Shown one piece after another: positions 63,701 through 64,000 of a stretch of DNA of 64,000 bases. Source of the DNA: Glaucostegus cemiculus (Eukaryota). How positions within the stretch are numbered: the first letter of the stretch is position 1; each line of letters starts with the position of its first letter. A model generated the notes under the pieces. The model saw only the letters and a list, made by a program, of their open reading frames with translations. It had not been told where the DNA came from and did not search any database. The stretch is taken from assembly GCA_976551045.1 (NCBI GenBank), contig CDPCPM010000281.1:9610001-9674000 (forward strand), in the 5' to 3' direction. A program made the translations under genes and the position numbers.

Positions 63701-64000
63701 TTTTTTTTGTTGACTGATCAAATTGACTTTACTGAATAGTGGACTATTTGCTTTGAATTGTATGTTCTTCCTCACCTTCCAGTTCATTGGTTTATATGGT
63801 TCTGGTAATGAACGTGCCTGCCTAGCAATTAGATTGCATCCCCTAAAGAACATTGCAAAATTGGCAAATAAAATGAGTTAGAAACAACATTAGGGTGTTT
63901 TTCAGCCAGAACTGTGCACTAAAAATGGATCTGCACAGTTTCTGACAGGATCGTATTCCGTTGCCAAACTGAAAAGGGTGTGTTCCCAATGGCAGGCAGG

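Noticed and set aside
1-64000. The 60-134 aa ORFs as host genes, or any prokaryotic system such as an operon or CRISPR array
   Set aside because: ORF lengths are as expected by chance, the only recognisable peptides are LINE remnants, the DNA is CpG-depleted vertebrate sequence and there is no repeat-spacer array.

Overview
Vertebrate nuclear DNA, almost certainly a cartilaginous fish (shark or ray), judged from the repeat families I recognise by eye: HE1-type V-SINEs, HER1/CR1 LINEs, DeuSINEs, L2, L1, Rex1/Babar and Penelope-derived foldbacks. I find no credible host protein-coding exon; the ORFs that look like real proteins are decayed retrotransposon ORF2 pieces. Much of the window is interspersed repeat, often nested. 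A repeat-poor, CpG-richer zone at about 40.7-51 kb holds a probable plus-strand promoter with a non-coding first exon (donor at 42098/42099) and a second CpG-rich region near 50 kb, so this is probably the 5' end of a large gene that I cannot name. I see no convincing new multi-gene system. The best leads are: an apparently retroposed 28S rRNA fragment, a hammerhead-like core in a Penelope-derived element, a perfect 26-bp inverted repeat, an old CR1 fragment with well-preserved flanking direct repeats, an intronic pre-miRNA-like hairpin, a tail-swapped SINE subfamily and a PBX-HOX/MEIS motif cluster. Repeat family names come from recalled consensus sequences, not a database search, and repeat boundaries are approximate.
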